The translations under genes were made by a program, and so were the position numbers. From contig NC_073381.1 in assembly GCF_028641065.1 (NCBI RefSeq), positions 70,804,001-70,868,000 on the forward strand: a DNA stretch of 64,000 nucleotides, in the 5' to 3' direction. Under the pieces are notes generated by a model. The model was not told where the DNA came from. It saw only the letters and a list, made by a program, of their open reading frames with translations, and searched no databases. Of the stretch, positions 26,330 through 39,679 are shown one piece after another; position 1 is the first letter of the stretch; the number at the start of each line of letters is the position of its first letter. The stretch is from Leucoraja erinacea. Its lineage: Eukaryota.

Positions 26330-26945
26330 GTAATACAGTGTGGAAACAAGCCCTTCGCTCCAACTCGCTTACACCGGCCAACAATGTCCCATCTACCCCA
26401 GTCCCACTTGCCTGCACTTGGTCCATAACCCTCCAAACCTGTCCTATCCATGTACCTGTCCAACTGTTTCTTAAACAATGGGATAGTCCCAGCCTCAACT
26501 ACCTCCTCTGGCAGCTTGTTCCATACACCCACCACTCTATGTGTGAAAAAGTTACCCCTCGGATTCCTATTAAATCTTTTTCCCTTCACCTTTAACCTAT
26601 GTCCTCTGGTCCTTGATTCCCCTACTCTGGGTAAAAGACTCTGTGCATCAACCTGATCTATTCCTCTCATGATTTTATACACCTCTATAAGATCTCCCCT
26701 CATCCTCCTACGCTCCATGGAATAGAGACCCAGCCTACTCAACCTTTCCCTATAGCTCACGCGCTCTAGTCCTGGTTACATCCTCGTAATTCCTTTCTGA
26801 ACCCTTTCAAGCTTGACAATATCTTTCCTATAACATGATGCCCAAAACTGAACACAATATTCTTATTGCGGTTTCACCAACGTCTTATACAATTGCAACA
26901 TGACCTCCCAACTTCTATACTCAATACTCTGACTGATAAAGTCAG
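26330..26945 (-). mobile_element. CR1 3' fragment of a second subfamily
   Basis: RRRMRGDLIEVYKIMRG...FFTHRVVGVWNKLP. Confidence 0.88.
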
Positions 26946-28482
26946 ATGAATAGACAATAGCCTATAGCACAGAAAAACATATTCCAACAATACTTTCAAA
27001 CTTTATTTTCCAGCCTTCTCTTTGATACTCAAATTTGTGTTGCTTTATGGACATCACATAAGGAAACACTTATGAGACGAGGAAACACTTTTTCTCACAG
27101 AGAGTGGTGAATCTGTGTAATTCTCTCCCTCCGAGGGTGGTGGAGGCGGGTTCTCTGGATGCTTTCGAGAGAGCTAGATAGGGCTCTTAAAGATAGCGAA
27201 GTCAGGGGATAACGGGAGAAGGCAGGAACAGGGTACTGATTGGGGATGATCAGCCATGATCACATTGAATGGTGGTGTTGGCTCGAAGGGCCGAATGGCC
27301 TACTCCTGCACCTATTGTCTAAGTCAATGGAGCAATAATTGCTAATACAGTTATTGTTCAATGTTAAAAACTTCCGTTGGATTACTTAACCACATTTTTA
27401 AAGTGGGTGATGAAATTTTAAACATATCTTTGTAATATAAACACTGTTATATGGCTGTTTATATAAATGGATGTCGTGTGATTTTAGGAAATACCGATTA
27501 GCTTGTATGAAATGTGTAATCTTCATGTAAGATAATTACTTCATATCCAGCACAATTGCCATATTTGAGAAGCAATCCAGCATTTTCAGTGCTTTCGAGA
27601 ATTTTAGTTATATCCAGCGTGAAAACAGGCCCAACCTCCCCGTTTGTCCCATTTCCTGCTAACCTTTTCCTGTCCATGTACCTGTCCAAATGTCTTTTAA
27701 TTGTTGTTATGGTAACCTGCCTCAACTACCTCTGGCAGTTCATTCCACATACTCGCTACCCTCTGTGTGCAAAAAATTGCCTGTCAGGTTCATATTAAAT
27801 CATTCCCTTCTTATCTTAAACCCCATCCTCTATTTCATGATTCCCTAACACTTCCCATATTCCTGTGTGAAAAATATACATCTTCTTGATGCGGTGGGGC
27901 GCATCCTCATTGATGTGACCTGGGGTCATCGGGTGTTTCGTGTCTCACAACATCAGACACTATCGCGCAGGCGACCCAGCCGGGGTTAATCAGGCCCCGA
28001 CTTGTGTCCCAGCAACAACCGCCCACGGATCAGCCATCTTAATAACTACTCTGCAGGGGTTGGGAGACTCTAGTGCATGGAGGGACTGGGCTTTGTGGGG
28101 TGAGTCCTGGCCGGGCTCCTCACGCATCTCACCAGGTTCAGGCCTGTGCGCTGCACCTCTTTCTCCTTCTCCGAGAATTTCATTCTCACCTGATGGATTT
28201 TTAGGCCATGGTGGTTCATTAGGCCTTTCGTAGCTTTATTGGGTGTCTTTCTCACGAAAGACAGACTGGGATGCTAACCCAGCCTGTACCGGGTGCCGTC
28301 TTTCCATGCCTTTCCAGTAGTCATGTGGATGACAGGTGATCGTTTAGACGTATATAAGGTTCTACATTTTGATGTGATGTGATGCTATATTCAGCCAAAT
28401 AAATACCATTCATGAATTAATGTTTTTCTCTTATAGCATAGTAGCAAGGGATTAAATAACTGATTATTGTTGTGTGTTTCAG

Positions 28483-28549
28483 AGCTGTACATTTCCCTGG
28501 TGGTTGGGAAGAATGGGAAAAACGTGAACTTTCCAAGCAAAAAGGATGA
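28483..28549 (+). CDS. TSTD3: TSTD3 last coding exon (AVHFPGGWEEWEKRELSKQKG*)
   Basis: Rhodanese C-terminal GGW..W signature; ttcag acceptor; phase fits (total CDS 504 nt); AATAAA at 28599 and 28782. Confidence 0.9.
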
Positions 28550-30329
28550 GCTGTTTCAAGCGCTTCTCGTGGAAAGAATTCCCAAAGTGAATGAAAAAAA
28601 TAAATCTAAAAATGGAAGATGGTGTGACTAGTTTAAAATATGATGTGAGGTAATCATAGTCAGCAAAATTACATTTATACATTTTTAATATTGATTTTTT
28701 TCTGATCATATTAACAACGAATATTTGAGTGTATTATTTGAGATTTATTACCTTTTGTTGAGAACTATTAGGTTGAGAAGTAATAAACTTAATGATTACC
28801 ACATTCTTTGCAGTACAGGTTAATTCTTACGTTTCACCTATGCTTTAAAGCAGTTCGCAAACTGCTTGAATATTTTTGTCACTGAAATCCCTGGATATTA
28901 TGTACTATGAATGTAAGTTTTAGTTAATGTTTTGTTATCCAAATTACTTCATGATGGCTTTCCTGTGAACCAAGAAAACGATATGTGCTATTTTTACATT
29001 TATCTTTCCGGAATTACCTCTGTACCCAAATCATCATTTTCTTTCACATCATCACACTCTCCTTTTACCAACTGACAGACAGGATATCCAATGAACAACT
29101 TAGATTAGTAAGTAGTGTAATATTTGAAAGCCACATGCAACTTCTAAAAGGTCACGTTTATTATCAACGCAAAGATTTGTTACATAAAAATAAGTGATTT
29201 TCCAATGTTGGCCTTTCAGGATTTTTTCAACAGTTGGAACTAGCATTTGAGCACTGCACATAAGCAGCCATTATAATATTTTCTATGGTCAGATTTTATT
29301 ACCAATGATTAATTATAATTTGGTAAAATTCCTTTAATACTCAGATTACAGTTCAATTAAAAAATTGGCAGTTTAATTTTAATAAATATCATTTGTTTGG
29401 GTGCCTTGAAGGCCATTCCTTCTTCCTCCCCTATATTCCATAGCATTGTTAAATTCCAACATGTAGCAAGAGGGTAGCTGATTTTTTTTTAATGTGATTG
29501 ATTGCTTGGGTGCAAAATATGTGGTAATTGGAAATGCAAATGCATGAGTTTATGAAACTGGGACCAATTTGTAGAATTGAGGGGGTGTCTGGTTTTAGGG
29601 ATTATCCTCGTGAGAAAAGGTTAAAGGTATCAAAGGTATATTATTAGTCACATTCACATACACCCAGGTGTAGTGAAGTGAAATGTTTTTTGCCATTTTG
29701 CAGCACACAAAAAAAGAATACAGACATAACACCAATGAGAGTCTTAAACACATAGAACATCCCCCCACCATGAGGGAAGGCACAAAGTCCAGTCCCCAAC
29801 CCCAGTTCACCCATAGTCTGGCCCATTGAGGCCTCCACAGTTGCCTCTACGGAGGCCCGATGTTCCAGGCCGTTCTCGCCAGGTGATGTTGCTCCGTCGT
29901 CGGGAGAACCCTCATTTAAACAGACTAAGTTTATAAATTGAAGAAAGACCTTGAGGAGGCTTGACAGGATAGAAGCTGAGAGGATGTTTTCTTTGGTGAG
30001 TTAAATGTATAAATAAGAAAGATCACCTTCTGAGACAGAATTAAGAGATGTTTTAAGAGGAATTTAAACTATTGGATTTTGAGTCTTTGCAGTTCCATTC
30101 TCGAGAGCTTGGAGTCGGAGATAAAAATATTCAAGGCTGAGATAGATTTTTGCTTAGAGAAGGCAAGGGAAATGTGGACCAGTCTGGAAAGTTGGTTTGA
30201 TACCAACATCACAGCAGCAGAAAGGGCTTCTGCTGGTTTTGGTCACAAACTGTCTCAGGAGAGAGATTAAGGAAAATTAAGAAAAGTGACGAGACAACTC
30301 AAACAGCCTATGTGGATTTTAGAGGCTGG

Positions 30330-33300
30330 TACGGTCTGTGAAGGGTCCACAGACTTGGCGCAGGTATACACAAAGTAGTGCCTTCCTTCCACTGTTTTCA
30401 CTCAACCACTGTCTGCTTCAGAAGAAATGCCATCCAGAAGGAGACTGTGCCTAATGAAAACAGGTACGCCCTCTTGGGAACTGTCGGGGTAGACGACGCT
30501 TCCAGTCCAAGTGGCGGACACGTCGGAGGCTCCGATCCTAGAGATGGGACGAGACCGGCGAGACCAATGTTGCGCAGAGCCATAGTTGTGGGTGACTCCA
30601 TTGTTCAAGGTGAAGACAGGAGATTCTGTACGGCAGGCGAGACGCGAGGATGTTCTGTTGCCTCCCTGGTGCCAGGGTGCAAGATGTCACGCACTGAATT
30701 CAGAACATCCTCGAGAGGGAAGGTGAACGGCTGGCAGTAGTTGTGCACGTAGGCACAAATGACATCGGGAAGAAGAGGAAGGAGGTTCTGCAACGCGAGT
30801 TCTGAGAGTTAGGAAGAAGACTGAAAAGCAGGACTTCTAGGGTGGTTATCTCTGGATTTCTTCCAGTACTTCGCGCTAGTGAGGGCAGGAACAGGGAGAT
30901 AGGGGATCTCAATGTGTGGCTGAAGGGCTGGTGAAGGGAGCAAGGATTTAGATTTATAGACCACTGAGATCTCTTCTGGGGTAGGGGTGACCTGTGCAAA
31001 AGGGACGGGTTACAACTTAACTGGAGGGGGATCGACGTTCTGGCAGCCAGGTTTGCTAGGGCTCCACGTGTGGGTTTAAATTAATAGTGGGGGGAGGGAT
31101 TGATAAATTGTGAGTATAAAGATAGAGGAAGTGAGTGCAGGAAAGTGAGGACAGGAAAAGTGACAAAAGACTCGAATTAATGGGAAGGAAAGTTCGAAGA
31201 GGGATAAGAAAGTAAGATCAGGGCCAATTGCGAGAGGGGAGAGGGAACCTGATTTTCCCAGTCTACCTGCATGTTGTTATGGGAGATTTCAACATGCAGG
31301 TAGACTGGGAAAATCAGGTTGGTACTGGACCCCAAGAAAGGGAGTTTGTGGAGTGCTCCGTGATGGATTCTTAGAGCAGCTTGTCTTGCAGCCTACCAGG
31401 GAGAAGGCAATTCTGGATTTAGTGTTATGTAATGAACTGGATTTGATAAAGGACCTTGAGGTTAAGGAGCCATTAGGAGGTAGTGACCATAATATGGTCA
31501 AGTTTAATCTACAATTGGAGAGGGAACAAAGTAAATCAGAGGTGTCAGTGTTACAGTTGAATAAAGGGGACTATGGAGCCATGAGGGAGGAGCTGGCCAA
31601 AGTTGACTGGAAAGATACCCTAGCAGGGATGACAGTGGAACAACAATGGCAGGTATTTCTGGGAATAATATAGAAGGTGCAGGTTCAGTTCATTCCAAAG
31701 AGGAAGTAAGATTCCAAGGGGAGTAAGGGGGTTACAAGGGATGTCAGGGATAGTATAAAAATAAAAGAGGAAGTACAACGTGGCAAAGATGAGCGGGAAG
31801 CAAGAGTATTGGGAATGTTTAAAGAGCAATAGAAGCAATAGAGCAACTAAAAAGGCAATATGGGGAGAAAAGATGAGGTACGAAGGTAAGCTAACCAAGA
31901 ATATAAAGGAGGATAGTAAAAGCTTCTTTAGGTATTTGAAGCGGAAAAAATTAGTTAAGACCAAAAGTTGGATCCTTGAAGACTGAAAAAGATGAATTTA
32001 TTATGGGGAACAAGGAAATGGCAGATGAGTTGAACAGGTACTTTGGATCTGTCTTCACCAAGGAGGACACAAACAATCTTCCTGCTGTACAAGTGGCCAG
32101 AGGATCTGGGGTGACGGAGGAACTGAAGGGAATCCACATTAGGCAGGAAATGGTGCTGGGTAGACTGATGGGACTGAAGGCTGATAAATTCCCAAGGCCT
32201 GATGGTCTGCATCCCAGGGTACTTAAAGAACTGGCTCTAGAAATCGTGGACGCATTGGTGATAATTTTCCAATGTTCTATAGATTCAGGATGTTCCTGTG
32301 AATTGGAGGGTAATTAATATTATCCCATTTTTTAACAAAAGCGGGAGAGAGAAAACGGAATTCTAGACCAGTTAGCCTGACAACGGTGGTGGGGAAGATG
32401 CTGGAGTCAATTATAAAAGATGAAATAGCAGCACATTTGGATAGCAGTAACAGGATCGGTCCAAGTCAGCATGGATTTCCGAAGGGGAAATCATGCTTGA
32501 CTAATCTTCTGGAATTTTTTGAGGATGTAACTAGGAAAATGGACAAGGGAGAGCCAGTGGATGTAGTGTACCTGGACTCTCAGAAAGCATTTGATAAGGT
32601 CCCACATGGATTAGTGGGCAAAATTAGGACACATGGTATTGGGGGTAGAGTGCTGACATGGATAGAAAATTGGTTGGCAGACAGGAAACAAAGAGTAGGG
32701 ATTAACGGGTCCCTTTCAGAATGGTAGGCAGTGACTAGTGGGGTACCACAAGGCTCGGTGCTGGGACCGCAGCTATTTACAATATACATCAATGATTTAG
32801 ATGAAGGGATTCAAAGTAACATTAGCAAATTTGCAGATGACGCAAAGCTGGGTGGCAGTGTGAACTGTGAGGATGCTATGAGAATGCAGGGTGACTTGAA
32901 CAGGTTGGGTAAGTGGGCAGATGCATAGCCGATGGAGTTTAATGTGGATAAATGTTAGGTTATCCACTTTGCTGGCAAAAACAGGAAGGCGGATTACTAT
33001 CTAAATGGTGTCGTTGGGAAAAGGGGAAGTACAATGGGATTTGGGGGTCCTTGTTAATCAGTCAATTAAAGTTAGCATGCAGGTACAACAGGCAGTGAAG
33101 AAAGCTAATGCATGTTGGCCTTTATAACAAGAGGAGTTGAGTTGAGTTTTGGAGCAAAGAGGTCCTTCTGTAGTTCTATAGGGCCCTAGTGAGACCACAC
33201 CTGGAGTACTGTGTGCAGTTTTGGTCCCCTAATTTGAGGAAGGACATTCTTGCTATTGAGGGAGTGCAGCGTAGGTTTACTAGGTTAATTCCTGGGATGG

Positions 33301-33715
33301 CGGGACTGTCATATGCTGAGAGAATGTAGCGGCTAGGCTTTAGAGTTTAGAAGAATGAAAGGGAATCTTATTGAAACATAGAATTATTAAAGGTTTGGAC
33401 ACACTAGAGGCAGGAAACATGTTCTCGATGCTGGGGCCACAGTTTAAGAATAAGGGGGTAAGCCATTTAGAACGGAGACGAGGAAACACTTTTTCTCACA
33501 TAGAGTAGTGAATCTGTGGAATTCTCTGCCTCAGAGGGCGGTGGAGGCCGGTTCTCTGGATGCTTTCAAGAGAGCTAGATAGGGTTTTTAAAGATAGCGG
33601 AGTCAGGGGATATGGGGAGAAGGCAGGAACGGGGTACTGGTGGGGATGATCAGCCATGATCACATTGAATGGCGGTGCTGGCTCAAAGGGCCGAATGGCC
33701 TACTTCTGCACCTGT
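30330..33715 (+). mobile_element. Near full-length decayed CR1 (ORF1 esterase-like, endonuclease, RT, 3' UTR)
   Basis: AIVVGDSIV and VVHVGTND (SGNH-type blocks), LDLVL..SDHNM (APE C-terminus), RT motifs including FADD; many stops. Confidence 0.9.
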
Positions 33716-36349
33716 TGCCATCCTTGAAGCTCTTCTACCAGTTTGTGGTGATGGCTGAGGGATTCCCAATGACTTTGAGCATATCTTCAGTTTTTTTCTC
33801 TGCCTCCTAGTAATCACTTAATTTGACAGAGTTCCCATCTCAGGGGATTGAGCACACAGACAACTTAGCACACCCGTCCCAACCAACAATGTAATTGCTG
33901 TTTTTGAATGGAGAACGGACATACAACAGGTATAAAAACCCATCTGTTGCTAACAATTGAAATGGTTTATTTTGAACATGTTTACATTTGTCATCTGCTG
34001 GACAAAGGTATAAAAACTTTTTAAAACGTAAACATTTTTAAAGTTAGAAATATTTTGAGAATGCTTTAATTTGCATTTCAATTTGTTTAGTGTAAATGGT
34101 TAACGGATACAATACGTTCAATTAACCTGATCTTTTAATTTTGTAACTAGCGGCAATTAACTATAAGGCATCTTTTGATCATCATTTAACCCACCACAGC
34201 TAAGGACAGAAACTGCAGACGCTGTGAGAACTCCACAACCATGGCACCAACATGACACAGGGAAAACTCGCTGGTCGTTCAAGTAATTAAGTTCCAGTCT
34301 TAAGAAGGGTCCCGACCCATTTTCTACAGCAATGCTGCCTAACCCGTTCAGTTACTCCAGCAGTTTGGAGTCTTAATTTGATTTATCTGCCTCTCTCTGC
34401 TCCTCCCTCAGCCGTAAACGTTAATTTCTATGCCATGCCTGGGTAAAGATTTAGACCAAGTTTAGATCAAGGCATTTCAGCCAGATAATTAATGAAACAG
34501 CAGTTTGTTGGTTTGAGGCATCGATAAGGGAATATAGTTGTGAAAACAAAACCACCTATTTGCCATTAATTATAGAATGAAAATGGATCAGTCTGCCACT
34601 TTAATGCAAGTGTTAGTTTTACAATTCACTTTTAATAGGATAAAAACATGTGAAAATGTGCTTTCTAGGAATTTCAGTGGTAGAGATTGTTCTTCACAAT
34701 AGAGTATAATGGTCTCCACTGACTCATGAGTAAGAAGGAACTGCAGATGCTGGTTTAAACCAAAGATAGGAGTAAAACAAAAAGCTGGAGTAACTCAGCT
34801 GGACAGGCAGCATCTCTGGAGAGAAAGAATGGGTGATGTTTCGGGTCGAGACCCTTCTTTAGACCCGAAGCATTGTTTCCACCACAATGCTCTCAGAAAG
34901 TCTTACCTACATCACAAAATATTTAAAAAACATGTTAGCATGGCTCAAAAGGGATACCAATATGACAATACCCCAAATATACCCTTTCTGTAATGGAACT
35001 ACTTAATAAAAGAGTTGCAATAATAAGATAGTTTTTGGGCTACATAAAGCCACTTTAAGTGCAATCACGTTGCATGCAGGGGTGACAGCAGTAGTTTCAC
35101 AATTACACAATTTGATGCACTTATACGAATCACTCAAATGATGGCAAATTTAATAAAACTGGTATAATCCAAATAGTGATGTTAAGAATAACAAAGTAAA
35201 ACACCTCCAAAAAACCCCCCAATTTAAACAGACATGAACAGAAAAATACAAAGTATGCATGTTTCTGCTTCGCCCATGTCGGGACAATAAAAAAAAAAAG
35301 GAGTCAGTGGTCAGTCTGCTTTTAGTATTGTTTAGTATTCAGTTTGTTTTGAAGGCCAGATAACCACTTTCAAGTTCTTAAATAATAGCCCAAGACTTTT
35401 CAACCTTACTTTAAACGATACATTTTGTGTACTCAGACAAAGCCCAAATATTAGTTGTTGTATCACAAGTGTTACAGTAGGCATCGACCAAACTCGAAGT
35501 AACCTAATTGAAGGTCACCTTTTTAAAAATATTTCTGCACGTTTTATTTAACAAAGCAATGCAAGAAAAAGTTTCAAACCAGAGCTTTGAATAAAAAAGT
35601 GTCAACCCTAATGCATCTGGAAACTGGCGTGGGAAATATAAACTTTGAACCCAATAGAAATATCTCTATCCCAAACATCCATTTCATTTTTATTTTTATT
35701 CCATATAGTTCAAGTATTGTGTAGGAAGGAACTGCAGATGCCGGTTTAAACCATAGACACAAAATACTGGAGTAACTCAGCAGGACAGGCTGAAGAAGGG
35801 TCTCAACCTGAAAAGTCACCCATTCCTTCTCTCCACAGATGCTGCCTGTCCTGAGTTACATCATCATTTTGTGTCTATCTCAAGTATTACTTTGTTGATT
35901 TTTTAAAAAATCTTCTCCCTAGGAAAATATAAGACACTTAGAACAATATTCCCCTTTTCCCCCCCAATTACTGAACCATTTTTCTTTGGATTGCAATTCA
36001 GAATTCAGTTGGGAAATCTACACAAATCATTTACACCGGTGGAGATTTTATTAGACATAGTTCTAAAATGCAGCACGAGCAAGACAATGAATAAAATGTC
36101 CTCTCTCAACATTTGACCAAAACTCGAACAAATAAAACTCCAAGTTCATTTTTGCAGCAGCAGTTCTAGGGGTTCAGAATATTTGTTTCCAAAAGTTTTT
36201 TAAGTCTGAAAAACTGCAACGTCTCAATCTCATGCATCTTCCCTCCACTGTTTTTTCTAGCAGAAGTCTTCATGAAGTGTAAGGAATTTCCTTGGCTATC
36301 ACAGTTGAAATCCACTCAACTCTTAGTCTTTCGTGGAATTGACAGTTTC

Positions 36350-36404
36350 TTAGGACTGGCTGTAGGTGGAATTTTGACTACCATTGGGCCCCTGTTCTCC
36401 CTCA
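36350..36404 (-). CDS. CCNC: Cyclin C exon 12 (SEGEQGPNGSQNSTYSQS*)
   Basis: ttgcag acceptor, TAA stop; the 12 exons sum to 852 nt = 283 aa plus stop. Confidence 0.95.
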
Positions 36405-38400
36405 CTGCAAGAAGGAAACAAAGAATACAAATTAAAACATTACCATTTTCCCTCTTCCCAACTTTCTCCACATTTTAACAAGATAATTGAGCAACTTCTG
36501 GAGCAGTGGTACCGTTATCATCCAAGGATATTGCACCTCATGCAGCTATTCTTTAAACTTCCATTTCATCAGACACAGGATTACAAGTTCATGTCACTGG
36601 GGGAAAATTAGGCCATTTGGCCAAATCAAGTCTATTTGTTATTCTATCATGGTTGAACTATTTCTCCCTCTCAACCCCATTCTCCTACCGTCTCCCCATA
36701 ACCTTTTACACTCTTACTAATCAAGAACCTGTCAATCCCTGCCTTACAAATACCCAAAGACTTGGCCTGCATAGCCATCTATGGCAATGAATTCCACAGA
36801 TTCACTACCCTCTGGCTAAATAAATCCCTCTTCATCTCTTTTCTAAAGGTACGTCCTTTTTTTCTGAGGCTGTGCCCTCTGATCCTAGACTCTCCATGTG
36901 GAAACATCCTCTGCACATTCATTCTATCAAGGATGATTTTTATGCAGCCAGTTTAAATGAGCAACCCCCACCACCATCCTTCCAAACTGTATGTTTCTTT
37001 GTATTATAATATGTTTTTACCCAAGCATAATTGCTCTTCAGTAAGTGGTGTTGAACTGTTTTCTTAAACCACTAAATACTTTCTTATTATAAGCACTCTC
37101 AAGGTTTAGGGTATGGTTCTAGAATGTAAACTCTGATGATGAAAACATTGGGAGATATACTTGCAAGTCTGGATGGTGTCCTATTTAAATGATTCCTGTG
37201 CACACATTTCCCATGTCTTTCTGAGTGGCAAAGGTGATATCAAAACAGTTTAGGAGTTGCTGAAATGCATTTTGTAGGTGGTACTGATGACACACCGCAC
37301 TGGTGGAGGGAGTGAATCTTTAGCAGGGTAAATAGGTTGCCAAACTAGCAATGTCCATGGGAGGATTTGAGCTTCTTTTAGCACCGTCTGGAGTTTTTGC
37401 CATTCAACTGTGTGTTCCACAAAGTTCCAATTTAACATCACAGAATCAGTGTAAGCCCAAAAGAAGCCATATGACCCATCGTGACTATGTCAACTCTTAT
37501 ATATGGCCACTTGGTAACCACATTCACCCAATGGTTATGTACCCAGTTATTTCTGTTTGAATCATTAATTTATTCCAAGTGTTACATGCTTTGGATAATC
37601 TTTTACTTTGTTCTTAAACTAGTATTCCTTTTTCTGATTAACTGAAAGGATACTCTTGCACTTGTTTGCTTCTGTTCCTGACACACTGTTTATTACCATC
37701 TATTGCTTTAAAGCTGCATTAACATGGATTGAGGAAGGTTGAGTAAAGCATGGGGAGACATTGAGTACCAAAGCACATAGGTTACACATAAAACACTGGT
37801 AAAGTCACAGATAGAATGTTGCATCCAATGCTGGCCTAACAATAGTGTGATGGGGTGTGGTGTGAAACATTACTGCCACTTACGAGTCCAACACTAATTA
37901 TTATCTAGCTTGTATTGCATGCAGACGTGGAGTGCAACAGTATCATCAGCAAACATGTCTACTATCCTGAAGCCATTGAAGATGTTAGCCTAGTACAACA
38001 TCCTACAGAACATCTACAATAAACCCCCTGGGACTTTGATTAACTTTCAACTGCCAAAGCCAATACGAACAATGTTTTACATCAACTAGGATTCCCTCCA
38101 GTGGAGTCTTTGCAGCTTGATCCCCACCAACTCCAGTTTTACCATTGTCAGATGTTTATGTCATAGGAAAAACATCAAGCCATCCATGAGCAGCTGCAAT
38201 TACAAGCCCATTTTGAAGTATTACAAGCAACAGCATACCAGCATTCCACTTTACAGTAATATTCAAAACGTTCTTAAATGCTATAATTGTCCCAATACCA
38301 CTATCTTTTTGGAGAGTAAATCCTTTTTTTCCAAGTTCATATAGATAAAATGGCCAATATTATACACTGGTGGCCCATTGACATAATTCAAATCAAATAC

Positions 38401-38519
38401 CTGTTTGGAGGTGGTTTTGGTTTTGGCATCTTGTTAAGGATTCCTGCCATTTCTTTTCGGTCATCAAAATTCTTCCATAGATCATACAGCTTCAGAATGA
38501 CTCTGATTATTTCAAGAAT
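38401..38519 (-). CDS. CCNC: Cyclin C exon 11 (ILEIIRVILKLYDLWKNFDDRKEMAGILNKMPKPKPPPN)
   Basis: ORF track plus AG/GT; 119 nt. Confidence 0.96.
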
Positions 38520-39180
38520 CTGCCCACACAAATGATACAGAATATTAAAATTAATTTTATAGAAAAACAAGTATATCTTCTCATGTACTACATTTTCTTA
38601 AACTTCCTTGAATATTGATGCTTTAGATAAGGTCCCTCATGGTGGATTGATGCAGAAGATTAAGAGTTCAAGAGATATTTATTATCACATGCACCAATTG
38701 GCACAGTGAGATTTGAATTACCATACAGCCATACGAATAAAAATAACACAATACATGATAAGAGTTTAACATGAACATCCCCACACAGCGGAATCAACGT
38801 TTCCCCACTGTGAGGGAAGGCAATAAAGTTCAGTCCATCTTCCTCTTTGTTCACCCGTGGTCGGGGCCTTTTTGGACCATCCGCATTTAACGGCGGCCAG
38901 ATGTTTAAGGCCCTCCCGCCGGGGTGATCAGAGCTCCGGCCTTGGAACGGAGAACACTCTCAGCGGCTTAGAGTTTTCGAATCGGCCACATCCTACCAGA
39001 GACCCCGAAGTCCACATGCCAAGCTGGGTGGGGATTCAACGCTGGCGATCCCGGCAAGGATCTGTAATGTTAAAAGTCAGCGCCGCCCGCAGCTGGAAGC
39101 TCGACAAACTAATTTTAAACTAATCCCCAGAAATTATAAACTAGTGCAAGCAATCCATTTGATCTCTAGGCAGCCATTAC

Positions 39181-39260
39181 CTTTTCCATATCCACTGAGA
39201 GTTCAGCAAACCACTGACGAGCATCTTTTTGCTGGACTACACATGCTACATGCAAACAAG
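39181..39260 (-). CDS. CCNC: Cyclin C exon 10 (ACLHVACVVQQKDARQWFAELSVDMEK)
   Basis: Manual translation; AG/GT; 80 nt. Confidence 0.96.
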
Positions 39261-39679
39261 CTGCAATGAGAAGAACACGTTCAACTTATTATTCCTTACT
39301 TTACAGCATATTACTTTCTAACAAGTTATGCTCTATAACAATAATGAAAATACATATGCCAGCAGCATCTTCAAAATTATTTGAAGTTTGAAGGACACAC
39401 AATTGTGTGGGATACAGCCACACGTGCAATAATTTGAGATAGGAGAGACTGCAGATGCTAGAATCTTGAGCAAAACAAAAGTGGTGGAGGAACAGAGGGT
39501 TAGGCCACATCTGTGGAGGGAAATGGACAGACAATGTTTTGGGTCAGGAGCCTTCTTCAGAATGATGAAGGATTCCAACAAAGGTTTTATCAAGTTTAGC
39601 CAGGCTGATGACTTCTGAATTTAGCACAAACTTTATTCCCAAGATGGAGTATAAAGGGCAATAATTTCTTCCAAGTTTT

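Noticed and set aside
30330-33715. Active CR1 or a domesticated esterase gene
   Set aside because: Multiple stops and frameshifts; an ORF1 esterase is a known CR1 feature.
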